A stretch of DNA of 62,424 nt, counting the filler, from Stramenopiles sp. TOSAG23-3 (Eukaryota): NCBI GenBank assembly GCA_900128585.1. It is 7 parts of 7 records of this genome, joined end to end, with 100 filler letters (N's around TTAATTAATTAA, not from the genome) between each part and the next. Parts side by side here need not be neighbours in the genome. Positions count along the whole stretch, not along the records: positions 1 to 10,061 come from LT642850.1; 6 more parts are not named here. One strand, written 5' to 3'. Under the pieces are notes generated by a model. That model worked only from the letters and a program-made list of their open reading frames with translations. It searched no databases and was not told the origin of the DNA. The translations under genes were made by a program, and so were the position numbers. Shown here piece by piece: positions 1-10,161 of the stretch. Numbering within the stretch: the first letter of the stretch is position 1; each line of letters begins with the position of its first letter.

Positions 1-36
1 TTTTGTTTTTTTATATTTATTTGCTGAAACAAATAG

Positions 37-752
37 ACCGGTTGCATGCCCATGGCGTTCTGCATTTGGACCTTAAGCCAGACAATATTACGATGAACGA
101 GCTTTGGGAGATTTGCATAATTGATTTTGGGCACGCACGGCCCATCACCGACCCGCGCTTGCCCACCTTAACCGCCTATGGGAGCCCGGGGTTCCGTGCG
201 CCGTACGACACTGGGGCCAGCGCGAAGTCGGACGTGTTTTCCCTTGGCATGGTGATGTACTGCATACTCACTAGCAGTGAGAACCCGTTTAGCCAAATTG
301 AGTTTTATAATGCAATCGGAAAGGCGTTGGAGGTAGGAATGGCCCAAGGCAAAGATGGAGAGAGCACGGAGGAGGCCGCCGGGGACTTTATTTTAAAAGT
401 TATAGCCAACCTGCAGAGTCACCTGCCGGTGGGGCACCCCCGCCGCCCGCGCATGCAAGTCAGCAAATCGGCAGCATCGCTGCTGGCTAGGATGGTATCG
501 AAGCGCCCGGTCGATCGTTTTACCATCAAAGAGACCCTGGCTCACAAATGGTTTGCAGAGGAAGAGAGCGATATACTGACGAACGAAGAATCATTTCGGG
601 CAGCCTTGCAGAGTGGTATTGGTAAAGTAGGGTTTTCTGTTAACCAATGCTTGACCGAGGAAACGAGTGAGGAACGGCTGCAGTTTCAGTCATGCACTGC
701 CAGTGTTTGCGAAAACGTAGAGGAACACCTGACCAAGAAGCGGAAGCGATAA
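37..752 (+). CDS. Ser/Thr protein kinase, C-terminal part (5'-partial; last exon probably follows a T-rich acceptor ending AAATAG at 36)
   Basis: Catalytic loop HLDLKPDN, DFG, activation segment YGSPGFRAP, subdomain IX SDVFSLG, subdomain XI RFTIKETLAHKWF. The N-lobe is outside the window. Ends in basic KKRKR (possible NLS). Confidence 0.9.
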
Positions 753-813
753 AAATATGCGCAAATTCTTATTTTAATAAAATTAATAAGAGGTATGATA
801 GTTAAAAATGTTT

Positions 814-1263
814 TTACAAACTGTTTAATTTTTCCTTCGATTTAATATACAGCGCAAGGTCGCAGCTTCCTACCGCGTATGCATCGTCCACGGGCGTGCA
901 GCCATCTTTGTCTTCGTGACTAGGATTCCACCCCGCTTCGATGAGCAGGAACGCGATTTCCGCCTGATCGAAGATTGCTGCGCGATGCAGTGCAGTGCTC
1001 TTGTATTTTTCAACGTCTTGAGGTCCAAATTCTATTGTCTCGTACTTTGGATCTGCCCAATCCCTTTGGTACTCTATGTTAGCATACGGGTCTCCCTTCT
1101 CTACATCAAATGGATCACGTACCAGCTCCCAACCTTTCGCCAGGGCTCCTTGAACCAAATTCGACTTTCCTTCACACGCTGCCCACCACAGCGCGTCATT
1201 CATATCATCTGTTGCCTTGTTTCCACGGACGGGAAACTTCTTCAGGTCTCGCTTCCCGGGCAT
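814..1263 (-). CDS. Small ankyrin-repeat protein
   Basis: Ankyrin-like motifs ALWWAACEG, TALHRAAIFDQAEIAFLLIEAG and DKDGCTPVDDA. Confidence 0.8.
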   Translation of the reverse strand: MPGKRDLKKFPVRGNKATDDMNDALWWAACEGKSNLVQGALAKGWELVRDPFDVEKGDPYANIEYQRDWADPKYETIEFGPQDVEKYKSTALHRAAIFDQAEIAFLLIEAGWNPSHEDKDGCTPVDDAYAVGSCDLALYIKSKEKLNSL

Positions 1264-1530
1264 TCTCCAAATTATGAATAGGCCAGAGCTAGACTATATC
1301 CGACGAAGTATGCATATACCAATTCTTTATTTTGCCAGTTAAATTTTAATTTTTAGCAATTATTATAATATATCAATAAACATGAGCACCAATAGCCGTT
1401 TTATTCCTTGTCATTATATTTTTGTTTTTTTAATTTTATTGGTATATAGTTTTAAAAAAAGATAATGCAATAATTAATAAATATATATTCTATGTTGTTG
1501 GAATTGTTGTTGCGTGTAGTTCATACATTC

Positions 1531-1915
1531 GTACTACTATATTAACACTACGGTACAGGTATGGAACCAGGTATAATATAATACCCCGTACGTTTACGGA
1601 ACGGTACGTTAGTTCAAATATTTATTAATATAATAGTGGTCCAGCTAATAAATATAAAAAAACAAAAAAAAAATATGATAATTTTTTAATAAATAACATA
1701 ATGGCATAATGTAGTAATAATAATATTTTTTATTATTGTCTATTATTATGATGATAATTATTATATGAGTGAATGGTGGTACGGGCACGGGTACGGTGTA
1801 CGGTACGGGCACCAAGGGATTTATACCGGTTCCTCGTACATAGTTCGAACCGGTACAGGTACCTGAAGGTACCTGGTATTATGCCTACCTTTGGTACCCA
1901 CGGTACGGATACCCA
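1531..1915. promoter_or_regulatory. GTAC/CGGTAC-rich motif cluster in a divergent intergenic region (putative regulatory element)
   Basis: 14 GTAC cores counted in ~380 bp of otherwise AT-rich DNA. 1547-1567 matches the reverse complement of 28156-28176 at 20/21 nt. Function is inferred. Confidence 0.4.
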
Positions 1916-2124
1916 GGTAATGAATTATTTGTAATATTTCCTGTTAGTTGTTGTATACCGTGCACATATAAATACACAAAAATTCGTCGCAAAGTGTGTG
2001 TAATATGAATTATAACTTTTAACCAACCTTGAGAAAAAGAATAAAACACAATTTCGTCGCAAAGTGGGTTCAATGTACAAAATAACCGTAGAATAAACTG
2101 GTATAGTAGACGAGGTTCCATATT

Positions 2125-5100
2125 ATGGAGGACCCCACGGAAGACCAGAATGACCGGGAATTAAAGGGCACGTTCGTGTTCGAACTAGACCATGACAATG
2201 CCACTCTAAATCCGCTAAGGGACATAAACAAGGCTATAGAAACACGACAAAACCGGCGCACGGTAACGCCAGTTTCGGGGTCGTTTGTTTACCAGCTTCC
2301 ATTGACCGCGTTAGGGCTTAGTATTTGTTTTGTACTCACAACGGTGCTTGGAATTTTTATAGCAAAGGGCGAAGGCAAAGTAAAGACTTTGTGTGGAGAA
2401 AGTACGCACGGAGGTATTATTGACTCCTTCATTTCAAATCGTACGATCTTAGAATTAGAATTCCTTGTCATAAATTTTGCAGTAGGGCATTTTGTGGTGC
2501 TACGATTTCGAACAAAACAAGGTAAACCGGGGATCAAAAGACGTTTTGTTGCATTGGTACTGCTCATGGTAGGGGTGCTTGCCATTATAGAATTGGTGAG
2601 TCCGAACCCGGAAGAAACCCATCAACCAGCATCTATGTCGTCGGAAATGCAACGAAACGGTTGCAAACTGTACACCCGGGGATACCCAGAGTCGATAAGT
2701 AAGAGATTGTTCTTGTTGATGAACATTACTTGCCCTGCCATTGCAAATTCTGGGGCATTTCATATGTTGGACCCCGATCTTGAAGGAACAGGGATTGGTT
2801 TGGAGGAAATCATAGGGGCACTAGACGGCGCCCTGTTGGTTTTAAAAGCGTATTTCCCTTCCGACTTTCCTGTTGCAACTGTTGCATGCCAGGCTTCATT
2901 TCCAAAGTGCGAGCCCGTAAACTGCACTGCCCGTCCTCGTTGTAATTTGCTGCAGCCCAGTAGATATTACCCACAACATAATTGGTACAATTTGTCCTAC
3001 GAACGCCGGAAGGAATTAAGAGATGGTGACTTAAAACCAGCAAGATTGGAGGAATTGTTAGAGGCCGCCCCAAAATTTGTTGCTGACAAAAAATTGGCAG
3101 CCTTGCATGTAGCATTTATGAGAAACTTGTTGGACGAAACGGACGTGCCCTTTCGGACAGAGTGGTATTCTCTAGGTAATAGTAGTACATGCATCGCGGA
3201 GAGGGCATCCGGGCGCTGTCACTATGCCTTTAATAGTTCTGACCCGTTAGGAAACACCAAGTGCTCGGCAAATCTTTCACAGCTTTCTGATTGGCGTGCA
3301 GTGCGTACAGTAGCATTTATTAATGCCGTTGTTCTCATGGTGTGTTTCTTTATCTTTTTAGCACAAGGACACAAGGTCGTTTATTACTCGGTAGAACGCA
3401 CCACCTCTGCTGCGCTGAAAGTGAGCGTAGCACAGTTCACAATATTTGCATCCGTTCTATTTTCTTCCAGCTTGGCGATTTATGGAGGAACCCTGTTGCA
3501 GGGCTATAATGGAACGGGCTTGTTGTTTTCTTATATCTATTTCGCTGTTTCGACGGGTATATGCTATTCATCTGGGTTTCTTATCAAGCCTACTAGACAC
3601 ATGCAATATTCATCCCTATGGGAACAAGTAGAGTTCCTGAAGCCCATCATGCTGCGTTTGAGAAACCATCAGTACCTCCAGTACTGCTGGACGTGTTTCA
3701 ATCCGCAGAACCCGCAATACGTGTACAGGGTTCTGCTGTTTGAAGCCGTCGAGGTTGGGTTACAAATAGGTGCACTCTTGTCCCCGCAATCCTTGAATGG
3801 GGATATTGTTCTGACCTCCGTCATTGTTATCTTTCTCAACGCATTTGCAACGGCGATGATTTTGCAATTTTTCAGAACCTCCCCGAATAGGGTGGTCATG
3901 CTAATCACCGTTGAAGTCATTTGTGACGCCTACTTTATGCTGAATGGTATCTTGCGTTTGCAGTCCAATGCAAACCTATCATTTCTTGAGCATTTGGCGC
4001 TGATTAAGCCTGTGGCTACGATCAATTTGGATTTATACGACTTGTACTCAGTTCTGCAAATTGACAAATACGAAGTAGAGGGCAGGACAACGCGGTTTTC
4101 GGTGATGAAAGCGCGCGTGCGTAAATGCCGGTTAGCGGACATTGCGGCCCGCTGGGATCGAATTTTGTTAGTATGGCTAAGTCCAGTCCTACTTCTCATA
4201 TTTGCGGTCATAACGGCACTTCGATACCAAGCCGTGGTTACAAAATGTACTCAAAAAGTCGGCGACATTGCCCTCTGTGCTACCGAGAAATACTACTTCA
4301 ATGTATCCGGCGGCATATTAGGAACACCACTTTGTAACTTTGAACAGGTCTCTTCGCTGCAATGCGATGGTTCAAATGTACACTACATACCCGATAATGC
4401 TGGGCAGTATTTTCCAGCAGTAGAGTCTATTCATTTGCAAAACAACCCACGGTTGACGCACCTCCCAACAACATTTACAAGTGGCAATCTGATGGCATTG
4501 AAAATTATTGATGTGTCCCATACAAATGTACAGAATTTTCCATATGGGTTGGCGACATCAAGGACACTTAGGGAAATCCATGTAAAATCATCTCCAGTAT
4601 CAATCAGAATGTCTTGGCACAATCATGGCATTCATTCGCTGTCTTTACCACCAGCATTTATTGAAGCATTTCAAATGACGCTGAAGACGTTAAACTTGAG
4701 CAGCAACAACATAACTGAGTTTCCCCGTCAACTTTGTCAATTTTTAGCCTTAGAGAAATTGGATGTGTCCAGGAACCATCTAAGGTCGCTACAGGATAAC
4801 AGCGGTCTGTGTAATGCAATGATGAACTTTGAAAACCTACATGTTCTGCAAGCAGTCGCAAACAACATCACTAGTCTTGCTGTTTGGAAAAGAAGTAGTT
4901 GTGCCACGTCTGACAGGACTGTAGAACTCCATGCTGAACGTAATCCTCTGGAAATGTTGAGACTCGTTGGGATAAAAGATGCGGTAGCAGTTCAAAAGTG
5001 CATCAGAAGCATAATCGTACCGCCAAACACATTTAAAACTCTCTTATTTCATTCATGTTTACTTGACAACTCATATCAGCTACAGCCTTGGGCACCCTCA

Positions 5101-5778
5101 ATGAAAGGCTTGAAAATTCTGCAAGCTACCGGGAGCCGTATTGGCGGTGATTTACGCACATTTTCTACTTTGACTAAACTGGAACATTTGCAGGTCTTTG
5201 GTTGCGGTATTATGGGTACATTGGGCCCATTGCATCCCCTCACAGCACTGACACTATTGTCATTGGGCGCTAATTATTTTCATGGTCCCATAACAACTTT
5301 GAGGCATTTGACCAACCTCAAAATCATTCGCCTTGTCAAAAATAAGCTGAATGGAAGCCTGGAAGCTATCCAAGGATTGAACAATTTAATGGATGTTGCA
5401 CTTACGGAAAATAAATTTTCTGGAAAAATAGATTTCTTGAACAATTTGACTAGATTACACTACTTGGGTATGGCCAATAACTGCCTGACAGGAACGTTGC
5501 AAGGGCTGACTAGAATGGAGCGTTTGGTTGAGCTCATTTTGAACGATAACATGTTTTATGGATCTGTTGGTTATCTAGGAACACTATCCCAATTGGTGTT
5601 TCTCAATCTGCGAAACAATGTTATGAATGGGTCGCTTGGGGCACTACAAAATCTGTCGAATTTGGAGACACTAGATGTGAGAAGTAATCGCTTTACAGGG
5701 TCAATACAGAATCTGTCAAAATTACCAAAGCTGAAAAACTTGCTAAGTAGTGGAAACCAGTTCAGTGGTGGCGTTTAA
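2125..5778 (+). CDS. Multi-pass membrane protein with a Cys-rich loop and C-terminal leucine-rich repeats
   Basis: Uninterrupted 1217-aa ORF. About 3 N-terminal hydrophobic helices, a Cys-rich segment (ACQASFPKC), about 7-8 further hydrophobic helices, then many LRRs of the LxxLxxLxLxxNxLxG type to the C-terminus. Confidence 0.85.
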   Translation: MEDPTEDQNDRELKGTFVFELDHDNATLNPLRDINKAIETRQNRRTVTPVSGSFVYQLPLTALGLSICFVLTTVLGIFIAKGEGKVKTLCGESTHGGIIDSFISNRTILELEFLVINFAVGHFVVLRFRTKQGKPGIKRRFVALVLLMVGVLAIIELVSPNPEETHQPASMSSEMQRNGCKLYTRGYPESISKRLFLLMNITCPAIANSGAFHMLDPDLEGTGIGLEEIIGALDGALLVLKAYFPSDFPVATVACQASFPKCEPVNCTARPRCNLLQPSRYYPQHNWYNLSYERRKELRDGDLKPARLEELLEAAPKFVADKKLAALHVAFMRNLLDETDVPFRTEWYSLGNSSTCIAERASGRCHYAFNSSDPLGNTKCSANLSQLSDWRAVRTVAFINAVVLMVCFFIFLAQGHKVVYYSVERTTSAALKVSVAQFTIFASVLFSSSLAIYGGTLLQGYNGTGLLFSYIYFAVSTGICYSSGFLIKPTRHMQYSSLWEQVEFLKPIMLRLRNHQYLQYCWTCFNPQNPQYVYRVLLFEAVEVGLQIGALLSPQSLNGDIVLTSVIVIFLNAFATAMILQFFRTSPNRVVMLITVEVICDAYFMLNGILRLQSNANLSFLEHLALIKPVATINLDLYDLYSVLQIDKYEVEGRTTRFSVMKARVRKCRLADIAARWDRILLVWLSPVLLLIFAVITALRYQAVVTKCTQKVGDIALCATEKYYFNVSGGILGTPLCNFEQVSSLQCDGSNVHYIPDNAGQYFPAVESIHLQNNPRLTHLPTTFTSGNLMALKIIDVSHTNVQNFPYGLATSRTLREIHVKSSPVSIRMSWHNHGIHSLSLPPAFIEAFQMTLKTLNLSSNNITEFPRQLCQFLALEKLDVSRNHLRSLQDNSGLCNAMMNFENLHVLQAVANNITSLAVWKRSSCATSDRTVELHAERNPLEMLRLVGIKDAVAVQKCIRSIIVPPNTFKTLLFHSCLLDNSYQLQPWAPSMKGLKILQATGSRIGGDLRTFSTLTKLEHLQVFGCGIMGTLGPLHPLTALTLLSLGANYFHGPITTLRHLTNLKIIRLVKNKLNGSLEAIQGLNNLMDVALTENKFSGKIDFLNNLTRLHYLGMANNCLTGTLQGLTRMERLVELILNDNMFYGSVGYLGTLSQLVFLNLRNNVMNGSLGALQNLSNLETLDVRSNRFTGSIQNLSKLPKLKNLLSSGNQFSGGV

Positions 5779-5875
5779 AAATCTAGTAAAAATCGATTTT
5801 GTATTTAACGCCGTTGCTTGGAAAATCACACAAGGTTTGAGTTATCTATGGGTGAGACATCGGTGAAAGAAGTTG

Positions 5876-6150
5876 AACGTAAACCCTAAATGGACAGGAA
5901 AGAGAAGCAGATTCATTTTCGCGGTACATGAGGAAGATAATTTAAAGTCATATTTAGTATCATTTTTAAATACAATATTTTAACCACCGCCAGTATTTTG
6001 TTTTTTAAAAAAAGATAAAATTAAACTAGGAGGCTTTTCATGGACAAAATGAGCAGAGAGATTCAATTTCGTCTGGTAATTAAGAGGAAGATAATTCGCG
6101 GTGTACTTAAAAACAGCCAATATTTTAGTTTTTTTAAAATAACAGCCATT
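5876..6150 (-). repeat. Dispersed 3'-intergenic repeat family, two degenerate copies
   Basis: GCAGATTCATTTTCGCGGTACATGAGGAAGATAA (~5907-5940) nearly matches ~33334-33367. ACTTAAAAACAGCCAA and AAATAACAGCCA (6105-6148) match the core module seen at 23573, 33378, 40261 and 52381. Confidence 0.75.
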
Positions 6151-6388
6151 GTTTTGTTATTTAACTTTATTCCCACGCTGCCTCCACCGCTCCTAACCCC
6201 CTCACAGCTTGATAAATGCTACGTCGAGGGCGTTTTAGTCCGCCGCGTACAGGCCGGCGCTTGGGTCGACGTGCACAACGCCCCATAGAGAGCACATCCT
6301 GCGCAAAGAATTTAACGCACCTTAAAGAAAATTACAATGTGTTCGAATTTTTCCAAACTTCTTTTGTTCTCCTCTTCTTTTTGGATTT

Positions 6389-7078
6389 TTATTCCGCCGC
6401 AGGGATTGGTCCCCCAAATTCATCAACCCCTTCCTTCTCTCCACCTCCACCCCCACCACCATGGCCACCATCACCACCGGCTGGAATCGCTGGAAGAGCC
6501 TCCTCATCTAAGTAAGACGGTGCAGCGTCGGACTCCAAATCTTCCAAAAGCTCGTCATCTAACCCTTCTAACTCAGCCTCAAGCTCGTCATCGTCGATGT
6601 CGTCCATATTTCCCATGCTCCTGCCCATAAGCTCTTGGATTTCCCCTGCGTCATCCATGAGGTCTTCCAAATCATCATATATGTCCTCCACCTCGTCAAT
6701 GTTCAGTTCTTTGAATTGCTGCTTCATTGTCGACGCTGTCTCTTTCATTGTGGCAACCGTTGCCTGGGTATCCTTGATTGTGTCCAGCGTGAAACTCATT
6801 TGGTCCAAGTTGAACTGCTGTTGGCTGTGCATATTGTACTGGTTTTCATACATATGCTTACGTCTCAGCAACTGTTTTGCCTGGTTCATCAGCCGCTGTT
6901 TCGCGGGACCTCGGGACGTCTTCATCTTCTTTTTAATCGTTAAAATCTGTTTTTCCAGTCCGGCTATCTTAGTCTCCATATGCCCCGACTTCTTCGTCAT
7001 TTTCTCAGAGACCTCGTCCAACGAAAGGTTCGGAGGGGCCTCCTTTTTCTTCTTTCCAGATCCAAAGATTCTGTTCAT
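6389..7078 (-). CDS. CHMP5: ESCRT-III protein CHMP5/Vps60 (Snf7 family)
   Basis: MNRIFGSGKK start, LRRKHMYENQ, QQFNLDQ, IDEVEDIYDDLEDLMDDAGEIQELMGRS, C-terminal VDEFG. Start taken at the internal ATG 7078. Confidence 0.93.
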   Translation of the reverse strand: MNRIFGSGKKKKEAPPNLSLDEVSEKMTKKSGHMETKIAGLEKQILTIKKKMKTSRGPAKQRLMNQAKQLLRRKHMYENQYNMHSQQQFNLDQMSFTLDTIKDTQATVATMKETASTMKQQFKELNIDEVEDIYDDLEDLMDDAGEIQELMGRSMGNMDDIDDDELEAELEGLDDELLEDLESDAAPSYLDEEALPAIPAGGDGGHGGGGGGGEKEGVDEFGGPIPAAE

Positions 7079-7508
7079 TTTACTATTGTTACGGTAAAAA
7101 ACACTGTTGGCGACGGACAGCGCGAACGATTTATCGTATACGGTTCCCTTCAGTGATGCGAATTCGATTTCAGGCAGAACTCCTTCGGAAATAACGCCTG
7201 AGCTGGATGGGCTATTGTTTGTAATCAAACTAAAGCTAAGTAGAAAAAAAGAAGAAGAACAGAACGAACACACAACAAAAAAAGAAAGAAGACGCGAACA
7301 ACAAAGAAGAGAGAGAAGAAAGTCGCAGTCGTGTTAGATGATTGTGTGTACCTGCTGTGCCCTGGAGAAGAAGTACCCTCCTCGGTAAGAAGAGTAAATA
7401 AGAAGAACAACAAAGGAAGTAAAGTTTTGTGATTTTAGTACGATGCTGTGTAATGTGACTCACGCACAAGTAAAAAATATCTCAAACCCTCATTATAACC
7501 CCACCTCG

Positions 7509-9125
7509 TTACCGGAGCAATGACTTTTCATCACTGCTACTGTTTTTCGAGCTCCTGTCTTCATCGTCCTCGTCTACTACGAGGTTATCGGTTTTCGATT
7601 CAAAGGGATCATGCCCAAGCTCTATTTTTGTTTCATCGAGCAAGTCGTCCGATTTTTTCCTATAAAGATCATAAATGTCTCCAAATTTGTCGTAAATTTC
7701 CTCTACAGTGTTCAGTAGGCCTTCGCATTCGTCCCAATCCCTCCGAGTGAAAAGCTTTCGTTTCAAGTTAGTGAGCTGGTGCCACTTTGTTGCCAACGCC
7801 AGAGCAAACCTCATCTGGTGGCCGTAGACGTTCGAGTCTGGATCTTCCAGGGCTGCAGAGAGGAGGGCTTTCCAACATGCCATCGTTTCGTACAGTGGCC
7901 ATGCAATAGGGTATTCGAGATCACCCCTGGTCCTTCTAGTGACCTTGTTCTTTGCTTTCTCAGTCTCGTTCACTGAGCGCCGCCTGCTGATGGCAGCGCT
8001 GATTTCTTCGCAAGCTGCCCGTACGTCTTCTACCCTTGTCGCATTTTGGAACTGCTTCAAGGCGGCTGCCATTTCTTTCCCCCCCAAATCATAGCTTTCT
8101 AGCACAGAGTATATTGCTGGCGATTTTCGGCGCAGCGCTATTTGAAGTGGCGTCTTGTGCTGTATATCGTCGTCCTCCTGTTTGTTGAACTCTGCAATGT
8201 CGAATTTTACCTTTTTGTCTTTCGCCTTCTTCATCGCTTCCATCAACATATCGTTCCCTCGCTCTTTGCAGACTTTGTTTTCGCAGTACCCCCCGTCTTT
8301 TTGCTCGTTGGGGCATCGAAAACCACTGCTGAGGAGGGACTTGCACTTCAACCCCTCGCTTGGTTTCATGGGATCGATCTGGCCGTCGAGCAAAAGGGCA
8401 AGGGCGCACTCGGTGTGCCCCCCCGAAATCGATAGGTGGAAGGCGTTTAGCCCACTTGCGTTAAGCGTCCTCGGGTCCATTCCTGCTTTCAAAAATTTAT
8501 TTACATAGCCCACGTTGCCCAGCTTTGCGGCCCAATGCAACGGCGTGTTCAAATTGTAGTCTTTAACGTTGATAGAATCATGGCGAACGCCATTTTCATC
8601 TTCATACCCGCCCTTGTAAATTCCAACCTCAGCCAAGAAGATCTTAATCCCCCCAGGGCTCTCGTTCTTCACTGCACGGATTCCTTTCCCCGCGAGGGAC
8701 CTCTGCTGTTTGAGATTCAACAGAGAGTATTGAACACTGTTCCAGGCTTCTTGAAGCTCCTGAATTTTTTTCAGCCTGGCCTCTTCTGCCAGTCTTTTGC
8801 GTTCAATTTCGTCTTCTATTGCTTTCTTCTTCGCACGCTCTAAGTCTCGCACCCGCTTCTTCTCCATCTGCTCCGCTCGCCGCTGTAATCGGGCGGCCTT
8901 TTCTGCTTCCCTCTCCTCTTTTGTTTTTCGCTTTTTCACACCCGTTTTAGAGTCGACGTCCCCCTTAGACGATACCTCGGCAGACAGGTCCCCAGCTTGC
9001 TTCATTTCCACAGTTTTGCCCGCAACATCCCACCCGGGCGGTTTTTCCCAGGAGCTTTCTCCAGTTATCGAGTTAACATAATAAGCGTTGCCACTTTCGT
9101 CGTACTGCTCAGTCCACTCGCTCAT
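7509..9125 (-). CDS. WW-domain + coiled-coil + ankyrin-repeat protein
   Basis: N-terminal WW (WTEQYDESGNAYYVNSITGESSWEKP), a charged coiled coil, ankyrin repeats (NTPLHWAAKLGN, NAFHLSISGGHTECALALL, KTPLQIA). Confidence 0.88.
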   Translation of the reverse strand: MSEWTEQYDESGNAYYVNSITGESSWEKPPGWDVAGKTVEMKQAGDLSAEVSSKGDVDSKTGVKKRKTKEEREAEKAARLQRRAEQMEKKRVRDLERAKKKAIEDEIERKRLAEEARLKKIQELQEAWNSVQYSLLNLKQQRSLAGKGIRAVKNESPGGIKIFLAEVGIYKGGYEDENGVRHDSINVKDYNLNTPLHWAAKLGNVGYVNKFLKAGMDPRTLNASGLNAFHLSISGGHTECALALLLDGQIDPMKPSEGLKCKSLLSSGFRCPNEQKDGGYCENKVCKERGNDMLMEAMKKAKDKKVKFDIAEFNKQEDDDIQHKTPLQIALRRKSPAIYSVLESYDLGGKEMAAALKQFQNATRVEDVRAACEEISAAISRRRSVNETEKAKNKVTRRTRGDLEYPIAWPLYETMACWKALLSAALEDPDSNVYGHQMRFALALATKWHQLTNLKRKLFTRRDWDECEGLLNTVEEIYDKFGDIYDLYRKKSDDLLDETKIELGHDPFESKTDNLVVDEDDEDRSSKNSSSDEKSLLR

Positions 9126-9354
9126 TCGTTGTAACGGCTATTGTACGCCGACAGAGCCCCTTTTCGTTTGCGGCGGGGGCAACGTGCTTCAAAAAGTATT
9201 ATTTACTAGCACGAGTTTTGGCGGAGTCTGAATCCGTACATGATTTCCCCGGCCAGTTTATCGGATCAGTGAAGGTGTGTTTGGAAAGAGTAGTGTCACT
9301 TTGAAACTTGGAGGTTTAGTGTTTTGCTCCTTTTTTCTGCTGCCTGTTTTATAC

Positions 9355-9420
9355 TCTTCTTCTTTCTTCTTCTTCTTCTTCTTTCTTCTTCTTCTTTCTT
9401 CTTCTTTCTTCTTCTTCTTC
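9355..9420. repeat. Imperfect (TTC)n microsatellite
   Basis: Directly visible. Confidence 0.9.
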
Positions 9421-10061
9421 GGGTAGTAGTTAGTATTAATAATAGTATAATAGTAGGAGGAGGAGGACAGGTGCTTCACCACATCAATACAAAGGAAATC
9501 AGCCCAGCAATGAAAATAGTAGAGCACAGCATTAATACTTGTACAGCGCCAAAAAAGTGGCACGACAACTGCTTACAATCCAATACAAAAAACAAACAAA
9601 AACTGTATATATCCTATGTTATTTAGTATACTTAAATATAGTATGAGTACAATATCTATACACAGTACTGACTTGGGTAGAAAATTGCGTTTTTAAAATT
9701 CGAATTACTACAAATTGATCCTATTGAAATTACTATTTGATAGGTAAATACCGAATTGTTTCACTACCCGATCCCCACCCCCTCACTTGGGTACTTTCTT
9801 GGTTCTCACCCAAATCCTTCCAATTTTTAAATACCCTTATTTTAACTCTATTCTCCTCCTGCTCTGTGTGGTCCGTCCGTTCTAAATGTTTCATCACACT
9901 CTTTGCTTCGTATGTTTTTTAATACATCAGTATACCATTGGAATTTTGTGATTTTTTGTTTTTGTTGCAAATAAATAACATCAACACAAGAAGAAGAACG
10001 AACAATCAGAACAACAAAACATCAACTACGGAAACCAAACATCATCATCAAAAAATAAAAA

Positions 10062-10161
10062 NNNNNNNNNNNNNNNNNNNNNNNNNNNNNNNNNNNNNNN
10101 NNNNNTTAATTAATTAANNNNNNNNNNNNNNNNNNNNNNNNNNNNNNNNNNNNNNNNNNNN
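10062..10161. other. Artificial contig-joining linker (44 N + TTAATTAATTAA + 44 N)
   Basis: The identical 100-nt cassette occurs six times; TTAATTAATTAA puts a stop in all six frames. Confidence 0.97.

Noticed and set aside
10106-10117. TTAATTAATTAA repeated every ~10 kb as a biological periodic element
   Set aside because: Always flanked by exactly 44 N on each side; it is a six-frame-stop linker added during concatenation.
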